DNA from: Bdellovibrionales bacterium
Lineage (GTDB): Bacteria > Bdellovibrionota > Bdellovibrionia > Bdellovibrionales > UBA1609
Assembly (NCBI GenBank): GCA_965205365.1
Contig: CBDBGT010000010.1
Location: forward strand, 328,048 to 392,047
Direction: 5' to 3'
DNA: 64,000 nucleotides
Shown: one piece after another, positions 27,061-38,375 of the stretch
How the letters are laid out: each line of letters starts with the position of its first letter
Numbering within the stretch: position 1 is the first letter of the stretch
Translations under genes and position numbers: made by a program
Notes under the pieces: generated by a model
What the model saw: only the letters and a program-made list of their open reading frames with translations
Told to the model about the DNA's origin: nothing
Database searches by the model: none

Positions 27061-29656
27061 GTTTTAAAAAAATACTTATATGTTTAAAGAATCTATCTAA
27101 AATTTAAACGATTTTAATAAAGAAATTAAAACTTTCCCCCTATAAAAGCACCATTGAAATAAAAAATCTGGAGAAAGTATGAAGCCTCTCCATGTTAAAA
27201 AGTCCTTTAAAGAACCCCTAGAAACCTTGAAAATTATGAGCAAAGTCATGAGTTTTCGCCTCTAGCCTTTAGTTTAAGGCTTTGTCTTAAAAAGAACTAA
27301 GTGGAGCAAGTGATACTCCTATGAATGAAAAATAATACTAAAGTATTTTTTTAAATACACCGACTTTAGTATTGAAAGTTAAATGAAGTTAAAGGAGCAG
27401 TGGGTGTTAAATAATAAAAATCTTTTTTTACCGTTACTATTGATTTTGTTAGGCTGGGGGTTTTATAGCTCTCAGACTTTCTTAGAAAATAATGAGGTCA
27501 AGGTATCTCATAATTTAAACCAAACAAGATCTGTGTCTAGTATTCAGACGCTTAAGCAAAATCTTTTAAAAGCCTCATTAAAACCAACTTCAACTCTTAA
27601 GAATAAACAGGTAGAAATAAAAAAGCCCACTCTTTTTAAAACTTTTAAACCTCTACCAGAAGAACTAGAGGAGTTTAAAAATCGCCACTCTGACGAACCC
27701 TCTGGGTTTACTATGGAGCTATCTGGTTTAAATGTGGACTTTGAAGCCTTTAAAAAAGTAGAGCACCCTTTGGATTTGCCAGACAAACTTCAAATTCCAC
27801 TTCCTAATGGAAAAACGGTTCAAGTGGAGCAAAAAAGAGTAGACTATAAAAAGAAAGATAGTTTTGTTTGGGTAGGACAAGTTGATGAAAAGCTTAATCA
27901 ATGGGTTCATCTCTCATTTTATAAGTCTACTCTTTCTGGGGCACTTCATGCATCAGGTAGCGACTACAGGATTGATTATTTATCAAAAAATAAACATTTA
28001 ATTCGTAAAGTAAATGAAAGTCTACTTCCTGAACCAATTGATGATGTTGTTGAACCTGAAGTAGCAAATGCACCCTCAAAGGCAGAAGAAGATGCCTTGG
28101 CATTAGAAACCACTCACTCTCCTGCTCTTATAGCCAATACTTCCAACCCGGTTGTCATAGACATATTAGTTGCATACACACAGCGTGTTAGTAAAAATAG
28201 AACCCATGACGAAATCCTTGCTAAAATCAATAACCTTATAGCTTATACAAATACCGCTCATAGCACCTCTCAAACTGGGGTAATCTTTCGTCTAACTCGA
28301 GCTGTTGAAACTTCATATACAGAGAATTTAACAGACGATTCAAATCCTTTGTCTCTGCTGCAACGTAAGACTGATGGAGTTATGGATGAAATACATGACA
28401 TACGAGATGAAACAAATTCTGATCTCGTCACTTTACTCCAAAAAAAGTATCCTGGGTCTGCTTGGTACACTCAATCAAAATCAACGGGCTTTGGTCAAGT
28501 ATACGACACCAACTCTACCATCTTTGCTCATGAAACTGGCCATAACCTTTCAGCTCGCCATGATAGGCAAAACACCTTTTATCCTCCTTCATCATCACGT
28601 TACGATTATGGTTATAGAAGTCCAGAAAGAAGGCTTCGGACTATAATGGCTTACCCATGTAGTTATGCTGCTTTTGGTGAAAAACCCACTTCTTCTTGCA
28701 ACCATAGGGTTCCTGCTTTTTCAAGCCCTCGATCTATTAATGGAGAAGTTCCTTATGGAGATGCCATTACAGATAATTCAAGAAAGATTAAAGAGTCAGC
28801 TTTCCGTGTGTCTAATATTTACCCCTCAGGATCTACAGACCAAACTCCTCCTCGTATTATTTCTCAACCTACGAGTAAAAGCTTACCAGCAAATGGTACT
28901 TTAAACCTATCTGTAACTGCTAGTGGATCTTCTCTTCTCTATCAGTGGTATAAAGAGGGTAGAGCAATATCGAATCAAACAAATAAAACCCTTTTAATAA
29001 GTAACGTGAGTCAAAGTGATGAAGGAAGATATAGAGTAAAAATAAGCAACTCTTCTAGTTCAATTTACTCCAATACAGTGACTGTAACTATAGATCAAGC
29101 CCCTATTATCACATTACAGCCTCACAGCACTACCATTAATGTCAATGACAGCTTAAGTTTATCTGTAACTGCCAATGGGGAAAACCCTTTAACTTACCAG
29201 TGGTATAAAAATAGTGTGGAAATATTGAACCAAACAAGTAAAACTCTTTTAATAAATAATGTCAGTCAAAGTGATGAAGGAACATATAAAGTAAAAGTAA
29301 GCAATGCTTACGGCTCAGTTTATTCTAATGCAGCCACTGTAAATGTGAGACTGTCTCCTGTTATCACACTGCAACCTCAAAATACCACTATACAAGTCAA
29401 TAACAATTTAAGTTTGTCTGTAAACGCCAGTGGTGAGGGTTCTTTAAATTACCAGTGGTATAAAAATAATATAGAAATGCCTAGTAAAACCAATAAGACT
29501 CTTTTAATAAGTAATGTGAGTCAAAGTGATGGAGGAGCATATAAAGTAAAAGTAAGCAACTCTTACGGCTCAGTTTATTCTAATACAGTGACTGTAAATA
29601 TAAAACTCTCTCCTGTTATCACATTACAACCTCAAAACACCATTATTAAGGCTAAT

Positions 29657-30678
29657 AACCCGAGTTCGAACTTTCTAAACCTACTGAAGCAGCCTTTCTT
29701 CAAGTACTTGAAGTCTAATAGAGGGTTTTCTTGGACGCAAACAGTACGCCGTTAGTGCCGAAAGTAAATTTACCACAAAGTTTTTTGGGCTTCGGTGTCT
29801 TGAGTGTTCAAGATGAAATTCCTCCTTTAAAATCCCAAAAGCAGTTTCAACAATGTACCTTTTCCTCAGGAGTAGTTTATCAAAAAGAGGAACAAACTTA
29901 TTTTTCATATTGGATTTAAGATTTGTTATGACTTGAACCCCTTTACTCATCAATTTTTCAAATAGCTTTTGGGATATATATCCTTTGTCTCCAAACAATT
30001 TTCCAAAAATATTCTCAGCTAAACCCTCTACAGGCTTTGTATCATGAACATTTCCTGGGGTTATGGTAAAACTTAAGAGCTCCCCTTTGTGAGAAATTAC
30101 TATGTGAACTTTAAAACCAAAGAACCAGCCCATTGTTGATTTCCCACGTTTTGCAAGTCCTTTAAAGGTTTTGTGACGACCGATTCTTTTGTTATTACAA
30201 ACAACAATGGGACTGGAGTCTACAACAGATATTCCTGTGCAAATATTTGATTGCATAAGTGAGTGTAAAAAAATAAGAATTTGAGGTGCTGAAGATTTTT
30301 TAAGTTCTACAAACCTATTGTAGGACAAGAGTTTTGGGAAATAAGGTTTTAGAAATTTTTGAACATAACCTGTATAGAAAGCTTTAAAATTTCTGAAGCC
30401 GGAAAATTGGAATAATAAACAGATGGTGATGACTTCAGACTCAGATAACGCAGATGGAAAACCTCTCTTTCTTTTGCTGGGTATGAGTTTGGACTGTTCT
30501 TTGTTTAACCCTAAAATAAAGTCGTCAACAAGAGTAAAAACTTCTATAATTTGATTCTCTTCGATCATTCCCGGCTCCTTTTTGCAGATCAGTAAAAAAC
30601 AACTAAATCTTACAAAAGGCTGGGATGATCTTTTATTTATCCAGCACTTAGGTCCTGAAAAAAGTTCGAACTCGGGTT
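29657..30678 (-). mobile_element. IS982-family element, copy 2 (1022 bp, intact)
   Basis: Ends AACCCGAGTTCGAACTTTCTAAACC ... AAAAGTTCGAACTCGGGTT. Flanking duplication is AAT or TAATA (boundary ambiguous). It has an intact 295-aa ORF. Confidence 0.9.
29681..30568 (-). CDS. IS982-family transposase
   Basis: 295 aa: ...VDSSPIVVCNNKRIGRHKTFKGLAKRGKSTMGWFFGFKVH...GDKGYIS...RYIVETAFGILKEEFHLEHSRHRSPKNF. Size and motifs fit IS982 DDE transposases. Confidence 0.8.
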   Translation of the reverse strand: MIEENQIIEVFTLVDDFILGLNKEQSKLIPSKRKRGFPSALSESEVITICLLFQFSGFRNFKAFYTGYVQKFLKPYFPKLLSYNRFVELKKSSAPQILIFLHSLMQSNICTGISVVDSSPIVVCNNKRIGRHKTFKGLAKRGKSTMGWFFGFKVHIVISHKGELLSFTITPGNVHDTKPVEGLAENIFGKLFGDKGYISQKLFEKLMSKGVQVITNLKSNMKNKFVPLFDKLLLRKRYIVETAFGILKEEFHLEHSRHRSPKNFVVNLLSALTAYCLRPRKPSIRLQVLEERLLQ

Positions 30679-31879
30679 AATAACAACTTAAATTTATCTG
30701 TACGCGCTAACGGTGAAAACCCTTTAACTTATCAGTGGTATAAAAATAGTGTGGAAATATCCGATCAAACAAGTAAAGCTCTTTTAATAAATAACGCAAG
30801 CCAAAGTGATCAAGGAATATATAAAGTAAAGGTAAGCAACGCTCACGGCGCAGTTTATTCTAAAGTAGCAGCTGTAATTGTAAGGCCCTCTCCTATGATC
30901 ACATCACAACCTCAAAACACCATAGTCAACGCCAACGAAAGCTTAAGTTTATCTGTAAGTGCCAGTGGAACTTCTCTTCGCTACCAGTGGTATAAAGATA
31001 ATGTACCCATATCGAATCAAACAAGCAAAACTCTTTTAATAAACAACGCAAATCAAAATGATGAAGGAACATACAAAGTAAAAGTAAGCAATGCTTACGG
31101 CTTAGTTTATTCTAATGCAGTGACTGTGCGTGTAGAATTTTCTTCCATCACCATATCTGAGCTTCCCATTATCACATCACAACCTCAAAACACCATAGTC
31201 AACGCCAATGAAAGCTTACGTTTATCTGTAAGCGCTAGTAGTGAGGCTCCTTTAAGCTACCAGTGGTATAAAAACACCCAAGGTCAATCAAAAACTCTTT
31301 TAGGCCAAACAAATAACTTTCTTTCAATACCAAAAGCCTCTCGTTCCCATGAGGGATGGTACGTGGTGAGGGTTTACAACTCTTATGGGTACGTTGACTC
31401 TAGTTGGGTTAAGGTGAATATAGTTTTAACTTTAAATGCTGGGCCTCCTATTATCACATCACAACCTCAAAACACCACCATTAATGCCAATGAAAACTTA
31501 AGTTTATCTGTAAGTGCAAGTGGAGCTTCTCTTCGCTACCAGTGGTATAAAAGCACTCAAGGTCGATCAAAAGCTCTTGTAGGCCAAACAACTAACCTTC
31601 TTTCCATACCAAAAGCCTCTCGTTCCCATGAGGGATGGTACGTGGTGAGGGTTTATAACTCCTATGGGCACATTGATTCTAGTTGGGTTAAAGTTTATAT
31701 AGATTAAACGTACTGTCTGCAGAAAACGGGCCTCTTAATCACACAAGGTGGTGTTTTAAAAATCTTAATAAATATAGATTTTTACAAAAGTTTTTCTACT
31801 ATTATATAATATGAAAAAATATCTAAGATAAATGTAAGCACATAGATCACTCAAGTTATAGTGAGAAAGTTAGGGTAAA

Positions 31880-32200
31880 GGTTAATAAAGCCATGATTAA
31901 ACGAATTAAAAAGGATTTTAAAAAGCCTATTTTAAAATTTGAGTTTGAAACAGATTTATGGACCTGAGATAAAGTCCACTCAACACTTTCTAAAAAACAT
32001 AGAATTAAAACTTCATGTGGTCAGCCACCAAGATCCCCCAAACTTAACCCTAGTAAAAAAAAATATGAAATCACCTTAAACATTGTGATTTAAAGAAGTC
32101 TTAGAAAGCAAACCTCCATGGGCTAAAAAAGTTCTCAAAGAGGAAAGTGAGATCTGTGTTTATACTCAAAAATCACAAAACTTTTATAAAGATTTCTAGC
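31880..32200 (+). pseudogene. possible IS630/Tc1-like transposase remnant
   Basis: My own translation gives ...FETDLWT*DKVHSTLSKKHRIKTS..., which resembles the IS630 N-terminal LWT...L pattern. It has multiple stops. Confidence 0.25.
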
Positions 32201-32262
32201 AGTAACAAGAACAACACAGTGTTTCCGTGTATCATTTAGAAGGTAGCCAGCTCTATACAGAG

Positions 32263-34185
32263 TTAATTATAAAATTTTGTGCTCCTATCTAAATATTGTT
32301 TAAAAATCTCTTTAGGCACATCTTGATCTTCAGACTCATTGTAGTTGTAATCATAAACCTCATAACCTTGGCCAATCTCATAAGAATAAATTTTATCTTC
32401 TGTAAGGACTCCATGTCTTGAATATGTGCTTAAGAGTAGAGGCAGTCTTTCTTGAGAAGAGTACATATTAAACCCAATAGATTGTTGAGTGCTAAGTGAA
32501 CAGTTAAATGCGTTCTGCAAAAATGTATACGACATATCATTATGGGTGGTCATGTGCTTGAAATTTTCTTTTGAGTCGTTTAACTTTAAATCAGTTTTAA
32601 ACTTTGGCTTGTAACCATTCCAATTAATAAACATAGGAACTCTAAGTTGAAATCTTGAAAAATTACTATTGTGCCCCCAAAAATTTTTCTTAAGATCGTT
32701 AAACTGTTCTCCATGATCACTTGTAATTACAATTATAGTAGGCCTTTTAGAATCATAAATAAGTGGAGAGCTTAAGATCTTTTCAACCAGAGAATCTATA
32801 TAGTGAATGGAGTTTTTATACTTATTATAATACTCTATGGGGTCCGTATTAGGTCCTAAGGAGAGATAGCTTATGCTTTTACTATAGGGCTTAAAAGGCG
32901 CATCATAATCATTAGGAAGGGAGTAATCATGGGCAGAGTCAAAAATCATAAAAGAAAAGTAAGGTTTGTTGATATCTCGCTTTTGCAAAAAAGAAAAAAT
33001 TTCATCTTTCATATAAGCATCGGATTCCCAAGCTTTTTTATCTCCAATACTCGTCCGTAAATTAGAAACTTCCTTAAAAATATTTTTTGAAAGACTAGTT
33101 TTATCTATAGGCCATCCTGTAGAAATTTGTAATTCATAATTCTCATCTAAGAGTTTTGAAATAAATATAGGCGTTATTCCAGATTCAGTAAAAGATTTTA
33201 CATACAACCCAGGAACTCCATAAAAAACAGAAAAAAGACTTGGAATTGTTGCGTTTCCAATACTCCAATGGTTTTTAAAGATATGTGTGTTATTTGCCTG
33301 AACCCATTTGTAAATGTTTGGAGTAGTCTCTTTATTGTAATCTACAAATCTCCAAGAATCTATAAATATCCAAAGCATATTAGGTTTAACATCATTTTTT
33401 TCACACTTGATCTCTTTCGGGTAGTTTATAGATGAATCATCATAATTAGAACTCATTTCAAACTCTCTAATATGAGATGAGTTGATTACCCCCAATTTAA
33501 TAAGTGTTCTTCTTGCTGTAAAAGGTTGATAAAGAGGAATATGTCTAGTCCATTTTTTAACTGGAATATAGTTAATCACATCAGCATATATATAGGCTAC
33601 CTGAGATATTAAAAAAAAAAGAAAAAAGCTTGCGTAGGGCAGACTGATACTTAAAGGCTTTGAGCGCTCACTAAGCTTTTTAACAAAAAACTTTAATAAA
33701 AAATAAGTAATAAGAGTAAGCAGGATAAAACTTACAGTGATTAAGGCAACATCTATATAACTAATTCTTTTCAACTCACCAAAAGCTTCTTTAACAACAT
33801 ACTCAAGAAAACCCACACTCATGTGAGAGCGATATAGAGAATACACCTTAATATCTAAAAAAAGAGCTATGATTGAAAAAACAATAATCAAGGAGGGTGC
33901 AAAAAATGTTTTAAACACTCTATGAGCAATTAAACAAAGTGCTGATAGTGCAAACCAAATAAGCCCAGTATAACCAACTATAGTAAAAAAAAGATACCAG
34001 CCTGAAATGAAATTTATCACATTAGGCATATGTTGAAATGCCGCTAGAATAATCCCTAGGGAGATTAAAATAGAAATGATATTTACAACTAAAAACGTTG
34101 AAAATCCAGGTCTTTTATTAGAATCCATAAATATAACTAAATAACTATCTGCTTGTTTGGTCAAGTGTCCAAATCTATAAAGCAA
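32263..34185 (-). CDS. membrane-anchored sulfatase-superfamily protein (YejM/PbgA- or LTA-synthase-like)
   Basis: 640 aa: ~5 N-terminal TM helices, then an alkaline-phosphatase/sulfatase-like domain (MLWIFIDSWR..., ITSDHGEQF). The true start may be Met20 (34128). Confidence 0.65.
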   Translation of the reverse strand: MLYRFGHLTKQADSYLVIFMDSNKRPGFSTFLVVNIISILISLGIILAAFQHMPNVINFISGWYLFFTIVGYTGLIWFALSALCLIAHRVFKTFFAPSLIIVFSIIALFLDIKVYSLYRSHMSVGFLEYVVKEAFGELKRISYIDVALITVSFILLTLITYFLLKFFVKKLSERSKPLSISLPYASFFLFFLISQVAYIYADVINYIPVKKWTRHIPLYQPFTARRTLIKLGVINSSHIREFEMSSNYDDSSINYPKEIKCEKNDVKPNMLWIFIDSWRFVDYNKETTPNIYKWVQANNTHIFKNHWSIGNATIPSLFSVFYGVPGLYVKSFTESGITPIFISKLLDENYELQISTGWPIDKTSLSKNIFKEVSNLRTSIGDKKAWESDAYMKDEIFSFLQKRDINKPYFSFMIFDSAHDYSLPNDYDAPFKPYSKSISYLSLGPNTDPIEYYNKYKNSIHYIDSLVEKILSSPLIYDSKRPTIIVITSDHGEQFNDLKKNFWGHNSNFSRFQLRVPMFINWNGYKPKFKTDLKLNDSKENFKHMTTHNDMSYTFLQNAFNCSLSTQQSIGFNMYSSQERLPLLLSTYSRHGVLTEDKIYSYEIGQGYEVYDYNYNESEDQDVPKEIFKQYLDRSTKFYN

Positions 34186-34270
34186 ATTGTATAGCTGTTT
34201 AATAATGAAATAAGGTTAAACACCCCAAGGAACAAGCAGAATGAGCATAGAAAAATAAGTAAAAAACTTA

Positions 34271-35022
34271 GGTTCATGGGTAGTTAAGTTGACTTTGAAG
34301 GGAGTTAACTTATTATTATCACTGTGAAAAATAGGTATTTTGCTCGTTCAAGAATTTCAGAGGCTAAATTCAGGGAGATTATCAAGCTTTTTGCCAGTGA
34401 TTTAACAACTCAACAGATTTCAGAATTAACAAAGCTTAACAGAAAAACTATAGGAAATATTTTAAAAAAAGTACGATCAAAAATAGTTGAGCAATGCGAA
34501 CAAGAAAGCCTTTTTGACTCTGGTGAAATAGAACTGGATGAAAGTTATTTTGGAGCAAGGAGAGTTAGAGGTCTTCGCGGAAGAGGAGCTAGAGGTAAAA
34601 CCATTGTCTTTGGGCTTAAAAAAAGAAATGGTAAGGTTTATACTCAGATTATTAAAAACTGCTCTAAAAACGAGATTCTCCCTCTTATACGGGCTAAAAT
34701 AAGCAAGGAGTCTACAGTTTATACAGATGGCTTTAGGACGTATGATGGTCTTGTGGATATGGGTTATAAAAAACACTACAGAGTTCATCATGGAAAAAAT
34801 GAATTTTCAAAAGCTGAAGGAAAAGTTAAAAACCATATTAATGGAATAGAGAATTTTTGGGGCTTAGCCAAAGTAAGACTTTCTAAATTTAGAGGAATGC
34901 ATAAGAATACTTTTTATTTGCATTTAAAGGAGTGTGAGTTTAGGTTCAATCACAGAAATGAAGACCTCTATAGATTAATTCTTTCTATGCTGCGTCGTAA
35001 CCCTCTTAACTACCCATGAACC
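34271..35022 (+). mobile_element. IS1595-family insertion sequence (752 bp)
   Basis: Perfect 18-bp IRs GGTTCATGGGTAGTTAAG. The 8-bp duplication AAAACTTA is at 34263-34270 and 35023-35030. Confidence 0.9.
34324..35019 (+). CDS. IS1595-family (ISXO2-like) DDE transposase
   Basis: 231 aa with IELDESYFG..RGRGARGKTIVFGL, VYTDGFRTYDGL, INGIENFWG and YLHLKECEFRFNHR, the typical IS1595 pattern. Confidence 0.85.
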   Translation: MKNRYFARSRISEAKFREIIKLFASDLTTQQISELTKLNRKTIGNILKKVRSKIVEQCEQESLFDSGEIELDESYFGARRVRGLRGRGARGKTIVFGLKKRNGKVYTQIIKNCSKNEILPLIRAKISKESTVYTDGFRTYDGLVDMGYKKHYRVHHGKNEFSKAEGKVKNHINGIENFWGLAKVRLSKFRGMHKNTFYLHLKECEFRFNHRNEDLYRLILSMLRRNPLNYP

Positions 35023-35119
35023 AAAACTTATAACTTAATTGCAAGATACCTGCTTCCTGGAGACAGTACAGAAAAAGCGCACAATTAAACTGGTGTGTGC
35101 TTTCATATTTCAATAGGTG

Positions 35120-35488
35120 TTAGTCAGAGCGTTTTAGCATAGAGAGTTTAACCCTTGATACTTTATATTTGAGCACTTTCTTAACTAAGCAGGAGTTGTT
35201 TTGCATCTGATGGATAAGGTCACTTTTGTTATCATACAAAAAATATACTTTTTGTATTTCAAATTTATTTTCATCATAAAAAGCATATTTAATTTTTCCC
35301 TCTCTATACAACTTCTTTAACCACAGAATATGCTTCCCAACGCATGCTTGTTTATTATAGGTTTTTCTTAAATCCCATAAAGCTCCACGAGCAAACTCGA
35401 CTAAAAAGTAAGAATCACCCTCCTTCAAATGTGCAAAAGAGAAAATACTAAAAAATAAAAAAATAAAAAAAATAAAGTTTCGTCTCAT
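35120..35488 (-). CDS. hypothetical exported protein
   Basis: 122 aa with an N-terminal signal-like helix. Its start abuts the stop of the upstream sulfatase gene. Confidence 0.4.
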   Translation of the reverse strand: MRRNFIFFIFLFFSIFSFAHLKEGDSYFLVEFARGALWDLRKTYNKQACVGKHILWLKKLYREGKIKYAFYDENKFEIQKVYFLYDNKSDLIHQMQNNSCLVKKVLKYKVSRVKLSMLKRSD

Positions 35489-37699
35489 TTACTTTTGAAA
35501 ACTCGAATCAAGAATTCCTTTATAGCAATTTAAAACCCATGGAAAAAAGTTTGTCACATAATATGCGTATTGACCATTTTGAGTCATTCCGTTGCACTCA
35601 TCAAGGTCTCCGTTGTTTGTAAATTCATAGTCATCTCTAAAAGTGCCATTATAATTGCCTAGTGGATGAGCTGCCTCACCAGCTTGAGGAGCTCTATCTC
35701 CTGTCTTTAATGTGTACCCTGATTGTACTTCACGAATAACACTTCCATCATTTATATAAGAGCCATAAATAGGGAAGCCATCAGCAGCAAATCCAATAAC
35801 TGGTGATTCAACCCCTGAAACAAACATTGCATTCGGATTACCATGGTAGTGATATGATCCATTAGGCTGAGCATGGGCATTATGAGAGTCAGTCCCAAAG
35901 TCATTCCCTGGAAACATCGGATCATACCTCCATGGCTGACTAGGATTGTTACATCCAATTTTCTCCTGACCTAGGGGTCCAGGACCAACACCGTAGCATG
36001 CAGCAGCTAATAGGTCTAACTTAGACCCGTTAAGAAAGATAGCGTTATTATACTGTAAGCTTAAGTTCGTATTCGACCCTACCAGAGCCGGTGTTTTTAA
36101 AATTACAACCTCCTGAGAAACCGAGGTTACATCATTAGGAAATGAATTGGCTCCATCATTAATATTATGATTGGGGATAGAATTACTAAAAATCTTACAG
36201 TGATTTACATCATAATCAATAATTGAAGTTTGCCCTTGTAAGACTAAATTTCTATTCACATCAGTTATTTGACTTGAAAAAACACCCACATACTCCGTGC
36301 AAAGAGGTGAACGGTTAGTGAAAATTGAATCTGTAATATCTATTTCATTTTCTAAGCTTAATAGATTTTGCAGCTCTACTGAAAGCTCATCGTATGCAAT
36401 TTTTTGTTCAGGGTTTAGTGAACCAAGAAGTAAGTTTGTGCTTTCAAAGGGGTCTTGTTGAAGATCAAAAAGCCGCTCATTTCCAGTTTTAAATTTAATT
36501 AACTTAAACCTCGAGTTTCGAATTGTCATGCCAGATTCAGAAGGAGTAGTGCTAGATATTTGAGAAAAGTTGAATTTTCGGATGCTAGGGCTTCCTGATT
36601 CTAATAAAGATTTAAAAGATACCCCATCAACCTGTGGTGGCACAAAGGCCCCTATAAGTTCTAAAATGGTAGGAAAAATATCTACTGAAGAAATCAAAGA
36701 CGAGTCTCTTTGATTCTTCCTACTCACACCTTTCCCTGAAACAATGAAAGGAACATGAACACCTCCTTGAAAAAGAGTTCCTTTAGATTGATTGAGTGTG
36801 TATGGAGCCTGGATTACTTTTTTATGTGACCCATTATCTCCAATAAGTATTATTGTTGTATTTTCTTTTATGTTTGTAGGCATGGAATTAAGCAGTCGAC
36901 CAATTTCAAAATCTACATTTTCAACCATTGCATTAAAATAAGGCCTAGGGCTTGCTTCAATGTCTTCTTCATCGCCTGAAAGGTTTGTTTGAGAGTGCGT
37001 TCCCTCCGGTGGAAGATGAAACGGTGTATGGGGAGATGTGTATGCTAGCCATAAGAACCAGGGCTTACTCCCTTGTTCATTAACAAAATCAATTGAAAGA
37101 TCTGTTAGCTTTTTAGTTATATAGTCTGCACTTGTTGATACCAAACCATTTTCAGATAATTGCCACGAAGAATAATCTAAAACCGCTCCATTGATAAGCC
37201 CTCTAAATTCAGTAACTCCAAAAAAAGCTGGCGCAGCATGAGCATTGTTTCCTGATATATGCCATTTTCCGTAGTGAGCAATAGCATATTCTGAATCAGA
37301 TTCAGAAATATATTTGTGTAATAGTTTTTCTGAACTGTTAATAATGTTATTGGTATCAACTCCAGTTACACCATTTTTAAAACCATATTTACCTGTACTA
37401 ATTGAAGCACGTGTGGGAGCACACAGAGGGAAAGCCCACGCTTCGTCAAAAGACAGACCTGTATCAACTAAAGATTTTATATTTGGCATATTAGGTTTTA
37501 TAACTCCATGAGAATAACCATAAAATTCACCTACACCTATATCATCTAATATGATTAATAAAATATTTTGTTTTTTATCTAAAGAACCCTCATTGTTATT
37601 AAAAGTAAGTTTATTTGTACAATTAGTAAGTAGAGTTAAAATTAAAAAACAAAAGCTAACGTATCTAATCATATTATAAATAATAGCACAGGTGATCAA
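35489..37699 (-). CDS. formylglycine-type sulfatase fused to a C-terminal YHYH domain
   Basis: 736 aa with LIILDDIGVGE...PLCAPTRASISTGKY (the C-x-P-x-R sulfatase signature). The C-terminal ~270 aa carries GSYHYHGNPN (YHYH motif). A signal/lipobox-like N-terminus begins at the internal Met (MIRYVSFCFLILTLLTNC). Confidence 0.75.
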   Translation of the reverse strand: MITCAIIYNMIRYVSFCFLILTLLTNCTNKLTFNNNEGSLDKKQNILLIILDDIGVGEFYGYSHGVIKPNMPNIKSLVDTGLSFDEAWAFPLCAPTRASISTGKYGFKNGVTGVDTNNIINSSEKLLHKYISESDSEYAIAHYGKWHISGNNAHAAPAFFGVTEFRGLINGAVLDYSSWQLSENGLVSTSADYITKKLTDLSIDFVNEQGSKPWFLWLAYTSPHTPFHLPPEGTHSQTNLSGDEEDIEASPRPYFNAMVENVDFEIGRLLNSMPTNIKENTTIILIGDNGSHKKVIQAPYTLNQSKGTLFQGGVHVPFIVSGKGVSRKNQRDSSLISSVDIFPTILELIGAFVPPQVDGVSFKSLLESGSPSIRKFNFSQISSTTPSESGMTIRNSRFKLIKFKTGNERLFDLQQDPFESTNLLLGSLNPEQKIAYDELSVELQNLLSLENEIDITDSIFTNRSPLCTEYVGVFSSQITDVNRNLVLQGQTSIIDYDVNHCKIFSNSIPNHNINDGANSFPNDVTSVSQEVVILKTPALVGSNTNLSLQYNNAIFLNGSKLDLLAAACYGVGPGPLGQEKIGCNNPSQPWRYDPMFPGNDFGTDSHNAHAQPNGSYHYHGNPNAMFVSGVESPVIGFAADGFPIYGSYINDGSVIREVQSGYTLKTGDRAPQAGEAAHPLGNYNGTFRDDYEFTNNGDLDECNGMTQNGQYAYYVTNFFPWVLNCYKGILDSSFQK

Positions 37700-37951
37700 T
37701 GAAACACCAAGGTGAAAGCCTCACGTTGATACAAAACCAGACTTCTATGTCCATCTTTAAAACACAGTTTACAAATTATACCAGAGATGTAATTTAGACT
37801 CTCTTAGAAAAAAGGCACTTACAAATAGCCTGGAAGAGGAAATAGATGACGACTTATTCTAAGCCTAAGACTGGTTACCCTAAATAAGGTAGGCCTTGAG
37901 CCTAGTTTATTAACAAACATAGGAAGTTACCGAAAATGAGAAGGTTACTTT

Positions 37952-38167
37952 ACACGAGTTCGGACTTTTTAAATCTGGTTTAACATTCTATTTTCATGGG
38001 TTTAAACACGTAAACAAGAGTAAAAACTTCTACAATTTAAGCCTCTTTGATCACTCCTAGCTCTTTTTTATAGGCCAGAGTAAAAAATAACTACATCTTA
38101 CAAAAGACTTAAGGTGATCTTTTATTTATTTAAAACTTAGGTCCTTAGAAAAGTCCGAACTCGGGTT
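37952..38167. mobile_element. MITE-like internally deleted derivative of an IS982-type element (~216 bp)
   Basis: Ends ACACGAGTTCGGACTTT ... AAAGTCCGAACTCGGGTT. The interior keeps the first ~50 nt of the transposase 5' region (CAAGAGTAAAAACTTCTACAATTT...) and its upstream leader. Confidence 0.65.
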
Positions 38168-38375
38168 AATTTAAAACAAAAAAAAAGATAATCTTTATTT
38201 GTTTTTTTTAACATAAGACTTATTTTTTCCAACACTTCCTGCCTAAAAGTAAAAAAACTGTACATTTAAATGACTAAACTTCTGAAAGATTTTCACAAAT
38301 AACTTTTTAACTAGATATTTTAACATAAGTTTTGTATATTCCGCCCTAAGTTAAGATAATCAAACAGTAAACCAA

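Larger units (their letters stand above)
27383..31707 (+). pseudogene. metzincin (reprolysin-like, HETGHNLSARHD) protein with 7 Ig-like repeats, split by IS982
   Basis: Track ORF 27383-29755 runs into the IS at 29657. The coding frame resumes at 30679 (AAT AAC AAC TTA AAT...), in frame with track ORF 30751-31707. The HExxHxxxxxH zinc motif is present. Confidence 0.8.

Noticed and set aside
29657-29680. GAGTTCGAACTC-containing termini of the IS982 elements, which resemble a tRNA T-arm (GGTTCGAA).
   Set aside because: There is no acceptor, D or anticodon arm context. The motif is part of the element's terminal inverted repeats, present at every copy.
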